A stretch of 64,000 nt of DNA from Escherichia phage humlepung. Numbering within the stretch: position 1 is the first letter of the stretch; each line of letters begins with the position of its first letter. The DNA lies in the sequence record MN850564.1; one strand, 5' to 3'. Below are positions 1-17,987 of the stretch, one piece after another. The notes beneath the pieces are model-generated. The model ran no database searches, was not told the DNA's origin, and saw only the letters and a program-made list of their open reading frames with translations. The position numbers were made by a program, and so were the translations under genes.

Positions 1-177
1 ATCGTTAATTTCTACGCAGACCTGCAACTGTCTTATCATGGTCAGTTGAAAGTGGTAGGTATCCACCGTGATGCAGAACTGAAAGACCTGCTAACTCTTG
101 AATCAAGCGTTGATGCTACTGAAGTCAAGAAAGCTCTGGCTGCTAAAGGTATTGATTTCGTACCAACTGGCCTGTAA
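1..177 (+). CDS. 3-prime end of a capsid-module protein (partial; decoration/scaffold-like position)
   Basis: Open frame from window edge to TAA 175-177, immediately upstream of the capsid gene. Confidence 0.4.
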   Translation: MVNFYADLQLSYHGQLKVVGIHRDAELKDLLTLESSVDATEVKKALAAKGIDFVPTGL

Positions 178-210
178 TAACAATAATAAGACATTCTGGA
201 GAATTTTACA

Positions 211-1317
211 ATGTTGACTAATTCTGAAAAAAGCAGATTTTTCCTTGCTGACCTGACTGGTGAAGTCCAGTCTATCCCTAATACTTATGGGTATATTTCC
301 AACTTAGGTCTGTTCCGTTCAGCACCAATCACCCAAACTACTTTCCTTATGGACTTGACTGATTGGGATGTTAGCTTGCTTGATGCGGTAGACCGTGATA
401 GCCGTAAAGCAGAGACTAGCGCACCTGAGCGTGTTCGTCAAATCAGCTTCCCAATGATGTACTTCAAAGAAGTTGAAAGCATCACTCCTGATGAAATTCA
501 GGGTGTACGTCAGCCAGGCACTGCAAACGAACTGACTACTGAAGCTGTAGTACGTGCTAAGAAGCTGATGAAGATTCGTACCAAGTTCGATATTACTCGT
601 GAGTTCCTGTTTATGCAAGCTCTGAAGGGTAAAGTTGTTGATGCTCGTGGTACTCTGTACGCTGACCTGTACAAGCAGTTCGACGTTGAGAAGAAGACTG
701 TTTACTTCGACCTTGACAACCCTAATGCTGACATTGACGCTTCTATTGAAGAACTGCGTATGCACATGGAAGACGAAGCTAAGACTGGCACTGTAATCAA
801 CGGTGAAGAAATTCACGTAGTTGTTGACCGTGTATTCTTCAGCAAACTGGTTAAGCATCCTAAGATTCGTGACGCTTATCTTGCACAGCAGACCCCACTG
901 GCTTGGCAACAGATTACTGGTTCTCTGAGAACTGGTGGTACTGACGGCGTTCAGGCTCATATGAACACCTTCTACTACGGTGGTGTTAAGTTTGTCCAGT
1001 ACAACGGTAAGTTCAAAGACAAGCGTGGTAAGGTTCACACTCTGGTTAGCATTGACAGCGTAGCAGACACTGTTGGTGTTGGTCATGCTTTCCCTAACGT
1101 AGCTATGCTGGGTGAAGCTAACAACATCTTCGAAGTTGCATATGGTCCATGTCCTAAGATGGGTTACGCAAATACACTTGGTCAGGAACTGTATGTATTC
1201 GAATACGAAAAAGACCGTGACGAAGGTATTGACTTCGAAGCTCACTCTTACATGCTGCCATACTGTACTCGTCCTCAGTTGCTGGTAGATGTTCGCGCTG
1301 ATGCTGAAGACAAATAA
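211..1317 (+). CDS. major capsid protein (putative)
   Basis: 368 aa; first large gene of the structural operon, followed by connector/tail genes; assignment by position and size. Confidence 0.5.
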   Translation: MLTNSEKSRFFLADLTGEVQSIPNTYGYISNLGLFRSAPITQTTFLMDLTDWDVSLLDAVDRDSRKAETSAPERVRQISFPMMYFKEVESITPDEIQGVRQPGTANELTTEAVVRAKKLMKIRTKFDITREFLFMQALKGKVVDARGTLYADLYKQFDVEKKTVYFDLDNPNADIDASIEELRMHMEDEAKTGTVINGEEIHVVVDRVFFSKLVKHPKIRDAYLAQQTPLAWQQITGSLRTGGTDGVQAHMNTFYYGGVKFVQYNGKFKDKRGKVHTLVSIDSVADTVGVGHAFPNVAMLGEANNIFEVAYGPCPKMGYANTLGQELYVFEYEKDRDEGIDFEAHSYMLPYCTRPQLLVDVRADAEDK

Positions 1318-1338
1318 TATTCTTAAGGAGGGTTATGA

Positions 1339-1788
1339 ATGTGTTATACAGGCGACCCAGCCAATAACCCTCTTGATAGAGTAAGAATCCTCTGCACAGA
1401 CACCAATAATGATGAAATTCTTATTGAGCAGTCTGTGCTAGAGTGGTTCTATCTAGAATCTGGAAAGGATGAAAAGAAAGCAGCCATCAAAGCTCTTAAA
1501 TATTTACTCTTTCAAGTAGCCAAGATGGGAGATGAGAAGGTTGGTGGTGTTTATTTACGTAACTCTTCCAGATTCAAGTCTCTGAAAGCTGTTTATGACG
1601 ACCTTGTTAAAAGCTCTGTTTCAGGACTACCCTATGCAGGTGGTATTAATCAGTGTGATATTGACATGCGTCGTCAGAATCCTTGCTCTGTCAAGAAATA
1701 CACAGAATATGGTGATGCTGCCAGATACGAAGGCAGAGATTACTGCAACCGTGTTAATGGCGTATTTATTATCGAGCGAGATGAATAA
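1339..1788 (+). CDS. hypothetical head/connector-module protein
   Basis: ATG 1339 preceded by AAGGAGGG; 149 aa; tightly packed after the capsid gene. Confidence 0.45.
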   Translation: MCYTGDPANNPLDRVRILCTDTNNDEILIEQSVLEWFYLESGKDEKKAAIKALKYLLFQVAKMGDEKVGGVYLRNSSRFKSLKAVYDDLVKSSVSGLPYAGGINQCDIDMRRQNPCSVKKYTEYGDAARYEGRDYCNRVNGVFIIERDE

Positions 1789-2270
1789 TGGTTAAAAGGG
1801 TTATTCACCCCGCTAGAGCAAAATTAGTCGGGGCTATGAAGAACTTGCAAACGGCTAATGCTCAAGTTGGGTATTTTCAAGAACAAGGTCAACATAGCTC
1901 TGGTTTTTCTTATCCTGCTTTAATGTATTTACAAGAAGTTATTGGGGTTCCTTCAGCTTCTGGTAAAGTATATCGTAGGTTGTTTGAAATCACTATGATG
2001 CTAAACAAACAGACCTTGTTAGAGCAGACTAAGAAGAATCTATATAAGCAACTTAGCAGTCTCAACACAGACCCTTCAGATACCTTAGAAGCATTTGCAA
2101 AGAATGCTCAAAAGGCAATTAAAAGGGGCTTTGGTAATTCTGCTATCCTCCCTCCTAACGCACCTTCCACAGTCAAGAAAAAAGGCTTTAACGCACCTCT
2201 TGTTGAGACAGGTGACTTAAGAGATAACCTTGCTTATAAAATTTCTACTAAGAAGGGTATTAAGAAATGA
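1788..2270 (+). CDS. hypothetical head-tail joining protein
   Basis: ATGA overlap with upstream stop; 160 aa. Confidence 0.45.
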   Translation: MVKRVIHPARAKLVGAMKNLQTANAQVGYFQEQGQHSSGFSYPALMYLQEVIGVPSASGKVYRRLFEITMMLNKQTLLEQTKKNLYKQLSSLNTDPSDTLEAFAKNAQKAIKRGFGNSAILPPNAPSTVKKKGFNAPLVETGDLRDNLAYKISTKKGIKK

Positions 2271-2668
2271 GACTCTTAAACAGACACAGCTTTGTAGTAA
2301 AGCGTAAAGTCTCTGAAGACGGTTATTATAATGATGATGGTGATTGGGTAGCTTCACAAGATATTGTAGAGGTTAACTGCAAAGGTAATATCCAACCATA
2401 TATCAAAGGTTCTGTAAAGAATGGTACACAGATTGCTTTACCGGAAGGTATCAGGCTTACCGATACAAGAATCCTGTATACCACATATAAACTTAGAACT
2501 TCAGATGATGTAGAGTGGAATGAGTCTGATATTGTTATGATTGATGGTCATGAGTATGAAGTATTTATGACTATGGATTGGTCACAGCAATTAGCCCATA
2601 CGTCCCATTATGAATATATCATTATTAGAAGGGATAAAATGAATGCAGTTAGAAACAGCAGAACTTGA
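2267..2668 (+). CDS. hypothetical head-tail joining protein
   Basis: ATGA overlap at 2267-2270; 133 aa. Confidence 0.45.
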   Translation: MRLLNRHSFVVKRKVSEDGYYNDDGDWVASQDIVEVNCKGNIQPYIKGSVKNGTQIALPEGIRLTDTRILYTTYKLRTSDDVEWNESDIVMIDGHEYEVFMTMDWSQQLAHTSHYEYIIIRRDKMNAVRNSRT

Positions 2669-3242
2669 AAAAGGTCTAGTTAGAACCTTAGTGGATGTTA
2701 TTGGTCACAGACTAGCTCGTGATAAAAATAATAGGCCAAACGTAATTAGAGCTTACCCTTCTGATAACTCAAATGACAAAGGTTTAAAACCTGACCAGCC
2801 ATTTATCACCGTATATTGTCAAGATGCTGCAACACCTTATGGTTGGGTTCTTGATAAGTTTGTTGAGGATGATGTAGTTTGCTACAGAATTGCTTTTCAG
2901 ATTCCAGTATTAATTACGGTGAATGGTAAAGGTGCTCACAGTATTATGCTTGAGCTTAAACAACGATTAGAGATGAGTTCAGTCAGAGATTTAATCCTTG
3001 AAGAAACAGGAGCTACAGTACTAGACACTGGAGCTATCCCGAATGACTATACTTATCTCAATACAGATTTCGAAAATTCTGCACCTCTTGTTGTAACTCT
3101 TGTAAAAAACTCAGTCCTGAAGGATGAACGTGGAAGTATTATTGAGCGTGTCATTGTTGATGGTGAGTTGGTTTATGAAGAAGGACAAGAGCCACCAGAA
3201 TATACTATCCATCTAGATGTAGACTCCAAAGGGGTAAAATAA
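2643..3242 (+). CDS. hypothetical tail completion/neck protein
   Basis: 199 aa; overlaps upstream gene by 26 nt; no alternative in-frame ATG. Confidence 0.4.
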   Translation: MQLETAELEKGLVRTLVDVIGHRLARDKNNRPNVIRAYPSDNSNDKGLKPDQPFITVYCQDAATPYGWVLDKFVEDDVVCYRIAFQIPVLITVNGKGAHSIMLELKQRLEMSSVRDLILEETGATVLDTGAIPNDYTYLNTDFENSAPLVVTLVKNSVLKDERGSIIERVIVDGELVYEEGQEPPEYTIHLDVDSKGVK

Positions 3243-4595
3243 ATGTGGAATCCAATTGTTAATGTAGATATTACATTGAACACCGCAGGAACTACAAGAG
3301 AAGGTTTTGGTTTGCCACTATTCTTAGCTTCAACAGATAACTTTGAAGAAAGAGTACGTGGTTACACTTCCTTAACTGAAGTTGCTGAAGATTTCGATGA
3401 GAATACTGCTGCATATAAGGCTGCTAAACAACTTTGGAGTCAGACTCCTAAAGTAACTCAGCTTTATATCGGTAGACGCGCTATGCAGTACACTGTATCA
3501 ATTCCTGATGCCGTTACCGAAAGTACAGACTACTCAATTACTGTAGCTGTTGGCGGTGGAATTTCTCAACCATACCAGTACACAGCACAAGATTCAGACA
3601 CTGCTGAGGTAGTGTTGCAACAGTTTAAAACACAGATTGAAGCTGACCCAACAATCAAAGATAAGGTTTCTGTGAATGTAACTGGTAGCAATGGCTCTGC
3701 CACAATGATTATTACCAAAGCTGGTGATAATGACTTTGTGAAAGTAACAACCACAGCACAGACTGTATATATTGCAAGTACAACTGCTGATACAGCAGCA
3801 ACTGCTCTGGCAGCTATAGAAGCTTACTCTACTGACTGGTATTTCATTGCAGCAGAAGACAGAACTCAACAGTTTGTCTTAGCAATGGCTTCTGAGATTC
3901 AGGCTCGTAAGAAAATCTTCTTTACGGCTAACTCCGATGTAACAGCCCTACAAGGTACAGAATTAGCCAGTGCAAATGATGTTCCAGCACAGCTTGCTAA
4001 GAATATGTACACTCGTACAGTTTGCTTGTGGCATCACGCAGCAGCAGAAGATTATCCAGAGATGGCATACATTGCTTATGGTGCTCCATATGATGCAGGC
4101 TCAATTGCTTGGGGTAATGCTCAGCTAACTGGCGTAGCAGCTTCTCTACAACCACCTAATCAGAGACCTCTGACAAGTATTCAGAAGTCTGCTTTAGATG
4201 TACGTCACTGTAACTTTATTGACCTTGATGGTGGTGTTCCAGTGGTTCGTAGAGGGATTACTTCTGGTGGGGAATGGATTGATATCGTCCGTGGTGTTGA
4301 CTGGTTAGAATCAGACCTGAAAACTTCTCTGAGAGACTTGCTAATTAACCAGAAGGGTGGTAAGATTACTTATGATGATACTGGTATTACCCGTATTCGT
4401 CAAGTCATTGAAACCTCTCTGCAAAGAGCAGTCAACAGAAACTTCCTGTCATCTTACACAGTTAATGTTCCTAAAGCCTCTCAAGTTGCTTTAGCAGACA
4501 AGAAAGCACGTATCCTGAAAGATGTTACCTTCGCAGGTATCTTAGCAGGGGCTATCTTGGATGTTGACTTGAAAGGTACAGTGGCTTACGAATAA
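3243..4595 (+). CDS. tail sheath protein (putative)
   Basis: 450 aa; immediately upstream of a 148-aa tube-sized gene, chaperones and tape measure (myovirus order). Confidence 0.5.
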   Translation: MWNPIVNVDITLNTAGTTREGFGLPLFLASTDNFEERVRGYTSLTEVAEDFDENTAAYKAAKQLWSQTPKVTQLYIGRRAMQYTVSIPDAVTESTDYSITVAVGGGISQPYQYTAQDSDTAEVVLQQFKTQIEADPTIKDKVSVNVTGSNGSATMIITKAGDNDFVKVTTTAQTVYIASTTADTAATALAAIEAYSTDWYFIAAEDRTQQFVLAMASEIQARKKIFFTANSDVTALQGTELASANDVPAQLAKNMYTRTVCLWHHAAAEDYPEMAYIAYGAPYDAGSIAWGNAQLTGVAASLQPPNQRPLTSIQKSALDVRHCNFIDLDGGVPVVRRGITSGGEWIDIVRGVDWLESDLKTSLRDLLINQKGGKITYDDTGITRIRQVIETSLQRAVNRNFLSSYTVNVPKASQVALADKKARILKDVTFAGILAGAILDVDLKGTVAYE

Positions 4596-4610
4596 TAGAG
4601 GTAAATTGGA

Positions 4611-5057
4611 ATGGCTATGTATCAGCAATATTCCCCTAAAGACGTTGTATGTAGCTGGAACGGCATTGCTATTGAAGGCTTTGCTCCAGACTCATTCTTG
4701 CGTCTACAGAGAACATCACCACTTGTGACACCAGTTGTTGGTGCAGGTGGTCAGGTTGCTCTGACACGAAATGCAGACAAGACAGGTACTATTGAGATTG
4801 AGCTAATGCAGACTTCTCTCTCTAACCAGATGCTTTCTGCAATTCAAGCTAAACAAGACAATATGGAACTTGAAGAAGATATCTCTTCTAACTTCGTAAT
4901 CTACGACCCATCAGGCTCTGTTCTGGCAACTGGTATTAACGCTTGGTTGCAGGAGTTACCACAGATTGAACTTGGTCGTGACCAGAACTCTAAAACTTGG
5001 ATTTTTGGTTGTGAGAAGTTAGACTACACTTCTACAATTCCAGCGTCAAGTGTTTAA
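4611..5057 (+). CDS. tail tube protein (putative)
   Basis: 148 aa between sheath and chaperone genes; followed by a strong terminator. Confidence 0.5.
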   Translation: MAMYQQYSPKDVVCSWNGIAIEGFAPDSFLRLQRTSPLVTPVVGAGGQVALTRNADKTGTIEIELMQTSLSNQMLSAIQAKQDNMELEEDISSNFVIYDPSGSVLATGINAWLQELPQIELGRDQNSKTWIFGCEKLDYTSTIPASSV

Positions 5058-5069
5058 TAAATCCTATAA

Positions 5070-5103
5070 GGGGGAGACTTTAAAAGGTCTTCCCCTTTTT
5101 TGT
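5070..5103 (+). terminator. rho-independent terminator after tube gene
   Basis: GGGGGAGAC...GTCTTCCCC hairpin followed by T8. Confidence 0.6.
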
Positions 5104-5129
5104 TTCTTTTAAAGTATTAAGGAATCACA

Positions 5130-5528
5130 ATGAAAACAGAATCTAGAGTAATTAATGGTAAGAAAGTAAATATCGTTCTGCTTGGGGCAAGAGATGGTAT
5201 TAAGATGTCTATGAAGTTGGGTAAGATTGTTGTCCCAACCTTTGCACAGATGCTATCAAGTCTGACTGACAAGGGTAAGAAAGAAGCTCCAATGGTTCCA
5301 TTTAAAGAACTTGTTGAAGCTTGTTTTGACAGAATTGAAGAAATTAACCTTGAAGAGATGGCTACCCTGCTGTTTCAAGGGGCAACTGTTGATGACTTCC
5401 CACTTAATATTGATACGTACTTCCAAGCAAACTACGGTGAGTTTATTGATTACTTAGCATTTGCGCTGGAGGCAAACTTCGGAAGTTTTTTCGAAGCAAG
5501 CATTTTCAAAAGCCTAACTTCTCAGTAA
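5130..5528 (+). CDS. tail assembly chaperone (G-like, putative)
   Basis: 132 aa between tube and tape measure; RBS AAGGAA; contains T6C slippery run near its 3-prime end. Confidence 0.45.
   Translation: MKTESRVINGKKVNIVLLGARDGIKMSMKLGKIVVPTFAQMLSSLTDKGKKEAPMVPFKELVEACFDRIEEINLEEMATLLFQGATVDDFPLNIDTYFQANYGEFIDYLAFALEANFGSFFEASIFKSLTSQ
5486..5492 (+). other. candidate -1 programmed frameshift site T_TTT_TTC
   Basis: Heptamer in frame 0 of 5130..5528; the -1 frame is open from 5450 to 5770. Confidence 0.35.
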
Positions 5529-5530
5529 AC

Positions 5531-5769
5531 ATGGGTAACACTCTACAGACACCACTAACTGATGCTGCTGTAGAGGCAACCTATGAAGAAGCAGACGAGA
5601 TGAAATTTGTGCTTGCTATTTATGGTATGGAAGGGTGTAAAGAAACACTTGACCAACTCTTTGCTATGACATTCTCTGATTTATTATCATTGAGACAATT
5701 TCTTGAGATTCAGAGGTCGTATAAAGAGGAAATTGCTTACAACGAACTTAGAAGAGCAGGAAAAATGTA

Positions 5770-5770
<1 letters not shown>
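5531..5770 (+). CDS. tail assembly chaperone extension (T-like; -1 frame relative to upstream gene)
   Basis: 79 aa from ATG 5531; lies in -1 frame of the preceding chaperone, directly upstream of tape measure. Confidence 0.4.
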
Positions 5771-13768
<7,998 letters not shown>

Positions 13769-13770
13769 TA

Positions 13771-14919
13771 ATGGCAGTAGGTGAAATTCAAATTAGTGCC
13801 TTGCCTCAAGCAGCCTTACCAATTGACCTTAGTGATATCTTCCATCTTAAACAAGGTATCGAGGATAAAAGATGTACTCTTGAGCAATTACTTGCTCCAC
13901 ACTCAAGCCTAAGAAATAACCCTCATGGTGTTACTAAGACACAAATTGGTTTAGATAACGTTATTAATGCTCTCCAGTTAGTCGCTGAAAATAACTTATC
14001 AGACATTGTTAATGTAGCTGAGGCAAGAGCAAATCTACAGATTATGTCTTCAGAAGAGGTTAATAATCTTATTCAACAGCATATTGATGATAAGAGCAAC
14101 CCACACAATACTACTAAGGCACAGGTTGGGTTAAGCAATGTTCAGAACTGGGTGACATCTAACCTTTATAATGAGGATGCGGATAAGTATGCTACAGCAA
14201 GAGCAGTAAATAACTTGTACAAGGCTGTTCAGGCTTCTTATCCAGTAGGTACTATCCATCTTTCTATGAATCCTGCAAACCCCTCTACATATTTAATTTG
14301 TGGAGGTACTTGGGAGTTAGTCTCAAAAGGGAGAGCACTTGTAGGTTATGATAGTGATTCTAGGCCAGTTGGTTCAACGTTTGGTTCACAGACTACTGCA
14401 TTGACGGTTAATAACATCCCTGCACATACCCACTCAGTGTATGTCACTGGTGGTGGTCACACTCATGGTGCAACGGCCTCTATCAGTGCTTTTGATTATG
14501 GCACTAAAGGGACTACAACGTTTGACTACGGAACCAAGACCGTATCTACTTACGACTATGGCAACAGAACAACAAGTGCCGCTGGCTTAACACAAACAAC
14601 ATTCATTAACCGTGGCTATGCTGATGGTGGCTGGAGAGGTTTATCGGTTGAGGGGGCAAGCTATGACCCAAGAGCTACGTTGACAACAGCTAACAACCAC
14701 ACTCACTCTGTAGCAATTGGTGCGCATAATCATACGGTTGGTATTGGTGCTCACAGCCATTCTGTTGCAATTGGTTCCCACAGCCACTCAGCAACAGTAA
14801 CAGTAACCGGAGCAGGTGAGCATTCGCACTCTGGCACAACTGGTCCAACTGGTTCTGGTCAAGCATTTAGTGTTGAACAGCCATCCTTCGTATTGTATGT
14901 ATGGCAGAGAACAGCTTAA
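13771..14919 (+). CDS. tail fibre protein with C-terminal His-box (HxH) repeats
   Basis: 382 aa; repeated NPHxxTKAQ(I/V)GLxNV motifs; C-terminal HTHS/HNHT/HSHS repeats ending ...VWQRTA, paralogous to the next gene. Confidence 0.6.
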   Translation: MAVGEIQISALPQAALPIDLSDIFHLKQGIEDKRCTLEQLLAPHSSLRNNPHGVTKTQIGLDNVINALQLVAENNLSDIVNVAEARANLQIMSSEEVNNLIQQHIDDKSNPHNTTKAQVGLSNVQNWVTSNLYNEDADKYATARAVNNLYKAVQASYPVGTIHLSMNPANPSTYLICGGTWELVSKGRALVGYDSDSRPVGSTFGSQTTALTVNNIPAHTHSVYVTGGGHTHGATASISAFDYGTKGTTTFDYGTKTVSTYDYGNRTTSAAGLTQTTFINRGYADGGWRGLSVEGASYDPRATLTTANNHTHSVAIGAHNHTVGIGAHSHSVAIGSHSHSATVTVTGAGEHSHSGTTGPTGSGQAFSVEQPSFVLYVWQRTA

Positions 14920-14928
14920 TTTCTTTAC

Positions 14929-14950
14929 AGGGGCTGTATAGCCCCTTTTA
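14929..14950 (+). terminator. hairpin terminator between the two fibre genes
   Basis: AGGGGCTGTATAGCCCCT followed by TTTT; preceded by the CTTTACAG motif shared with the downstream cassette family. Confidence 0.45.
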
Positions 14951-14965
14951 AGAGGAAAATTTATA

Positions 14966-17305
14966 ATGGCAGATTACAAGTTGAGTGAATTAAACTCAAT
15001 CGACACAATCCGTTCAGACGACCTTCTCCATGTCAGGGTTAAAAAGAGACCTGAAATGTTAGGTGATGAAGACCGTCGAATGACCTATCAAGACTTCTTA
15101 GCGTCTTTTAAACTAGAAAGATTTGTTCAGATTGCTGGTAGCACTATGACGGGTGACTTAGGAATTGTCAAGTTACTTTATGGTGGTAAGGCAGTATTTG
15201 ACCCTACAGACTCTTCTGAGATTACTATGGGGGATGTTTTAAAGGCTTTTAAAATCAATGCAAACGGTCTTAAACTAACTATTGCAGATGCTTCAAGGTC
15301 TGCAACTGTTTATCATACTCTGAATAAGCCAAGCCCTAATGAACTTGGGATGAGAACTAATGAAGAGAATGACGCAAGATATGCAAGGTTGGCTGTTACA
15401 AACACATTTAACTCTAAACAGACCATTGTAGCAAATGGGGAACAGTTAACACTAAGGTCTCCTGTGAGTGGGGATAGAGCATACTCTGCTATTGTAGGTA
15501 GGGATGCAAGTAATGAAAAAACTTGGGCTATTGGGAACCTGATTAGGGGTAGTCTTGATGTTCAAATCGAGAGTAAACTAGGTTCCATCCTCACTCTAGG
15601 CACGGCTGCTTCTTTTAATAGGTCTTTATCAATCAATGGTCAAGTGCAACCTTCTGACTTCTCTAACTTGGATGCAAGATACTTCACACAGACAGCAGCT
15701 AATCAGAGATTTGCACAGCTAGTTGGCAATAACACCTTCAGGGGTATTAACAATTTTGTAGGAGAGTTCAATATCACCAGAGATAACGCTGTGCTAGTCA
15801 TTAAGAATGCCACTGCTGCAACTGGACTATACTTGCTGGGGCAGAAGGCTGATGGGACAAACAAGTTCTACTTAGGGACTGATAACTCTGATTCTGCAGT
15901 CAACCTACATAACTACACCACGAGTACAACTATCTCTTTGTCAAATGTGATTACCACTACTAAGACTGTGAAAATCACTGGTCAAGTTCAGCCTTCAGAT
16001 TGGGCTAACATTGACTCTAGATACATTCCAGCAGCAACATTAAGTACAATTGCAAGAACTAATGCAAGTAACACGTTCACTGCAAAGCAGGTTATTAACA
16101 CTAATGGTGAAGCTCTTGTGTTACAAGGAAAAACAACCGCCGCACTTTACATTAGGGGTAAGGACTATGATGGAACGAATAGGTGGTATGTTGGCAATGA
16201 TGACGGTAGTGACACTGTTAGTTTGTATAACTATAAAACTGGTAAAAACCTAAGCATTGGTTCCGAAGTATCAATTAATGCAAACTTAGTAATTGGTGGT
16301 CAAGTACAACCTAGCAACTTCACAAACTTTGATGCAAGGTATTACGGTAAAGCCGAAGCCGATTCAAAGTATTTCTGGTCAGCATTCAGAGCTTCGAAGA
16401 CCGAGGCTGCTGGTGGTGTGGCTTGGGACCAACCATCAGGAATCTATCTTGAGACAAAATCTAGCGGGCAAAACCGTTTAGTCTTGCACATGGCCTCTAA
16501 TGCGAAAGCCCTAACACCATCTGCACAATTAAGATTTGAATCGAAAAATGGTGGGATGTGGTACAGGTCAGCCAGAGACACACTTGGCTTTGAGGTTGAA
16601 TGGTCTAAGGTTTACACTGAAGCTCAGAAACCTACCCCTTCAGAGATTGGTGCATACACTAAAGCTGAAACTGACCAGAAGATTGCAGAAGCAATTAGTG
16701 ACTCTACAGACCTGAATAAAATCTATCCAGTAGGTATTGTGACGTGGTTTAACAGTAATGTTAACCCTAATACAGCACTGCCTGGCCTAACTTGGACGTA
16801 TCTGAAGAATGGTGTTGGTAGGACTATTAGAATTGCAGCAGCAAATGGTTCAGATGTTGCTACAACTGGTGGTTCAGATTCTGTAACGTTAGCTGTTGGT
16901 AACTTACCTTCGCACACGCACAGTTTTTCTGCGACTACCTCATCGTTTGACTACGGAACAAAAAACACTAACACGACTGGTGCTCACACTCACTCTGTAA
17001 GTGGCTCTACTTCATCTGCTGGTAACCACAACCATTCCATTTCGTGGATTGGTCAGAACTCTACACACTACTCTGGTGGTGGTGGTGGTAGTATTGGTGT
17101 AGGACCGGGTTACACCGATGTTAACGGTGCTCACACCCACTCCGTAAGTGGTACTGCCGCTTCTGCTGGTAACCATGCTCACAGTGTTGGTATTGGTGCT
17201 CACAGTCATACAGTAAGTGGTAACACTGGTGGTACAGGTTCTGGTTCAGCATTTAGTGTTACTAACCAGTTCTACAAGTTAATGGCTTGGGTGAGAACTG
17301 CTTAA
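14966..17305 (+). CDS. long tail fibre protein with His-box C-terminus
   Basis: 779 aa; three internal ~110-aa repeats containing GQVQPS(D/N)(F/W)xN(L/I/F)D(A/S)RY; C-terminus HTHS/HNHS/HAHS/HSHT repeats ending ...MAWVRTA. Confidence 0.6.
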   Translation: MADYKLSELNSIDTIRSDDLLHVRVKKRPEMLGDEDRRMTYQDFLASFKLERFVQIAGSTMTGDLGIVKLLYGGKAVFDPTDSSEITMGDVLKAFKINANGLKLTIADASRSATVYHTLNKPSPNELGMRTNEENDARYARLAVTNTFNSKQTIVANGEQLTLRSPVSGDRAYSAIVGRDASNEKTWAIGNLIRGSLDVQIESKLGSILTLGTAASFNRSLSINGQVQPSDFSNLDARYFTQTAANQRFAQLVGNNTFRGINNFVGEFNITRDNAVLVIKNATAATGLYLLGQKADGTNKFYLGTDNSDSAVNLHNYTTSTTISLSNVITTTKTVKITGQVQPSDWANIDSRYIPAATLSTIARTNASNTFTAKQVINTNGEALVLQGKTTAALYIRGKDYDGTNRWYVGNDDGSDTVSLYNYKTGKNLSIGSEVSINANLVIGGQVQPSNFTNFDARYYGKAEADSKYFWSAFRASKTEAAGGVAWDQPSGIYLETKSSGQNRLVLHMASNAKALTPSAQLRFESKNGGMWYRSARDTLGFEVEWSKVYTEAQKPTPSEIGAYTKAETDQKIAEAISDSTDLNKIYPVGIVTWFNSNVNPNTALPGLTWTYLKNGVGRTIRIAAANGSDVATTGGSDSVTLAVGNLPSHTHSFSATTSSFDYGTKNTNTTGAHTHSVSGSTSSAGNHNHSISWIGQNSTHYSGGGGGSIGVGPGYTDVNGAHTHSVSGTAASAGNHAHSVGIGAHSHTVSGNTGGTGSGSAFSVTNQFYKLMAWVRTA

Positions 17306-17312
17306 TCCCTTG

Positions 17313-17341
17313 TTGACTGATTGTTAAGATGGTGTTAATAT
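17313..17341 (+). promoter_or_regulatory. sigma70-like promoter TTGACT-N17-TAATAT
   Basis: Exact hexamers and 17-nt spacer; -10 sits in the loop of inverted repeat AAGATGGTG...CACCATCTT; same hexamers as the promoter at 57761. Confidence 0.55.
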
Positions 17342-17384
17342 TCTTTATGGGTATTCTCACCATCTTGGCTGATGAGGTGATTAA

Positions 17385-17579
17385 ATGCCTACAATCCTAG
17401 CAATTCTTCTAAAAAATCTAGGTAGCTTCTTCTGGAAACTCATTTTATCCCTTCTAAGTGAATACATGATTGAGAAAGTGTTCTTTAAGCTTGCAAGATA
17501 CCTTGCGAGTAAGACAGACACACCTATTGATGATGAGTTCGTAGATAACTTAGAAAAAGCTTTTAAGGGAGAGAAATAA
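17385..17579 (+). CDS. small hypothetical protein (hydrophobic N-terminus)
   Basis: 64 aa; RBS GAGGTGA; ATG 17385. Confidence 0.45.
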   Translation: MPTILAILLKNLGSFFWKLILSLLSEYMIEKVFFKLARYLASKTDTPIDDEFVDNLEKAFKGEK

Positions 17580-17951
17580 ATGAAGTGGCTAGAGGAAGCT
17601 TTTAAAAATAATATTGGTGCAATTGTAGTTGGTATTTTTAGTGTTATCGGAATGTATACCACTATGCAGGTTTCAAGTGGTAAACAAGAAGTGTCTGTCA
17701 CAACAAAGTTACAGCAGTTGGATAATTATTCCAAAAGTAACTATTCAGCTATTCGTGATTTACAGTCTGACATGAGACTGATTCAGCTAGGGATGGAGAA
17801 CCAGAAAGTTCAGTTAGAGAATGTTAAGGGTGAAAACGCAAAACTTACCAAAACTCTTGATAAATTCTCTGACAGTGTGAACAATCTGGCTCAATCAGTA
17901 TCAGCCTTGCAAGCTATTACTGAGAAGAACACAAAGAATACTGAAAAATAA
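17580..17951 (+). CDS. membrane-anchored coiled-coil protein (holin/spanin-like or fibre-associated)
   Basis: 123 aa; N-terminal TM segment IGAIVVGIFSVIGMY then helical region; ATGA-coupled. Confidence 0.45.
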   Translation: MKWLEEAFKNNIGAIVVGIFSVIGMYTTMQVSSGKQEVSVTTKLQQLDNYSKSNYSAIRDLQSDMRLIQLGMENQKVQLENVKGENAKLTKTLDKFSDSVNNLAQSVSALQAITEKNTKNTEK

Positions 17952-17956
17952 AGTTT

Positions 17957-17986
17957 AAGGCTCCTTTTTACGGGAGCCTTTTTTGT
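17957..17986. terminator. terminator at convergence of plus and minus operons
   Basis: GGCTCC...GGAGCC hairpin followed by T6; lies between the stop codons of converging genes. Confidence 0.6.
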
Positions 17987-17987
17987 T

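Noticed and set aside
319-1245. Long antisense ORF (308 aa) inside the major capsid gene, and similar antisense/alternate-frame ORFs throughout (e.g. 12686..13213, 48438..48965, 26327..27175)
   Set aside because: They are embedded in longer, RBS-supported, operon-consistent genes on the other strand, and their translations are low-complexity (Ser/Val/Asn/Cys-rich).
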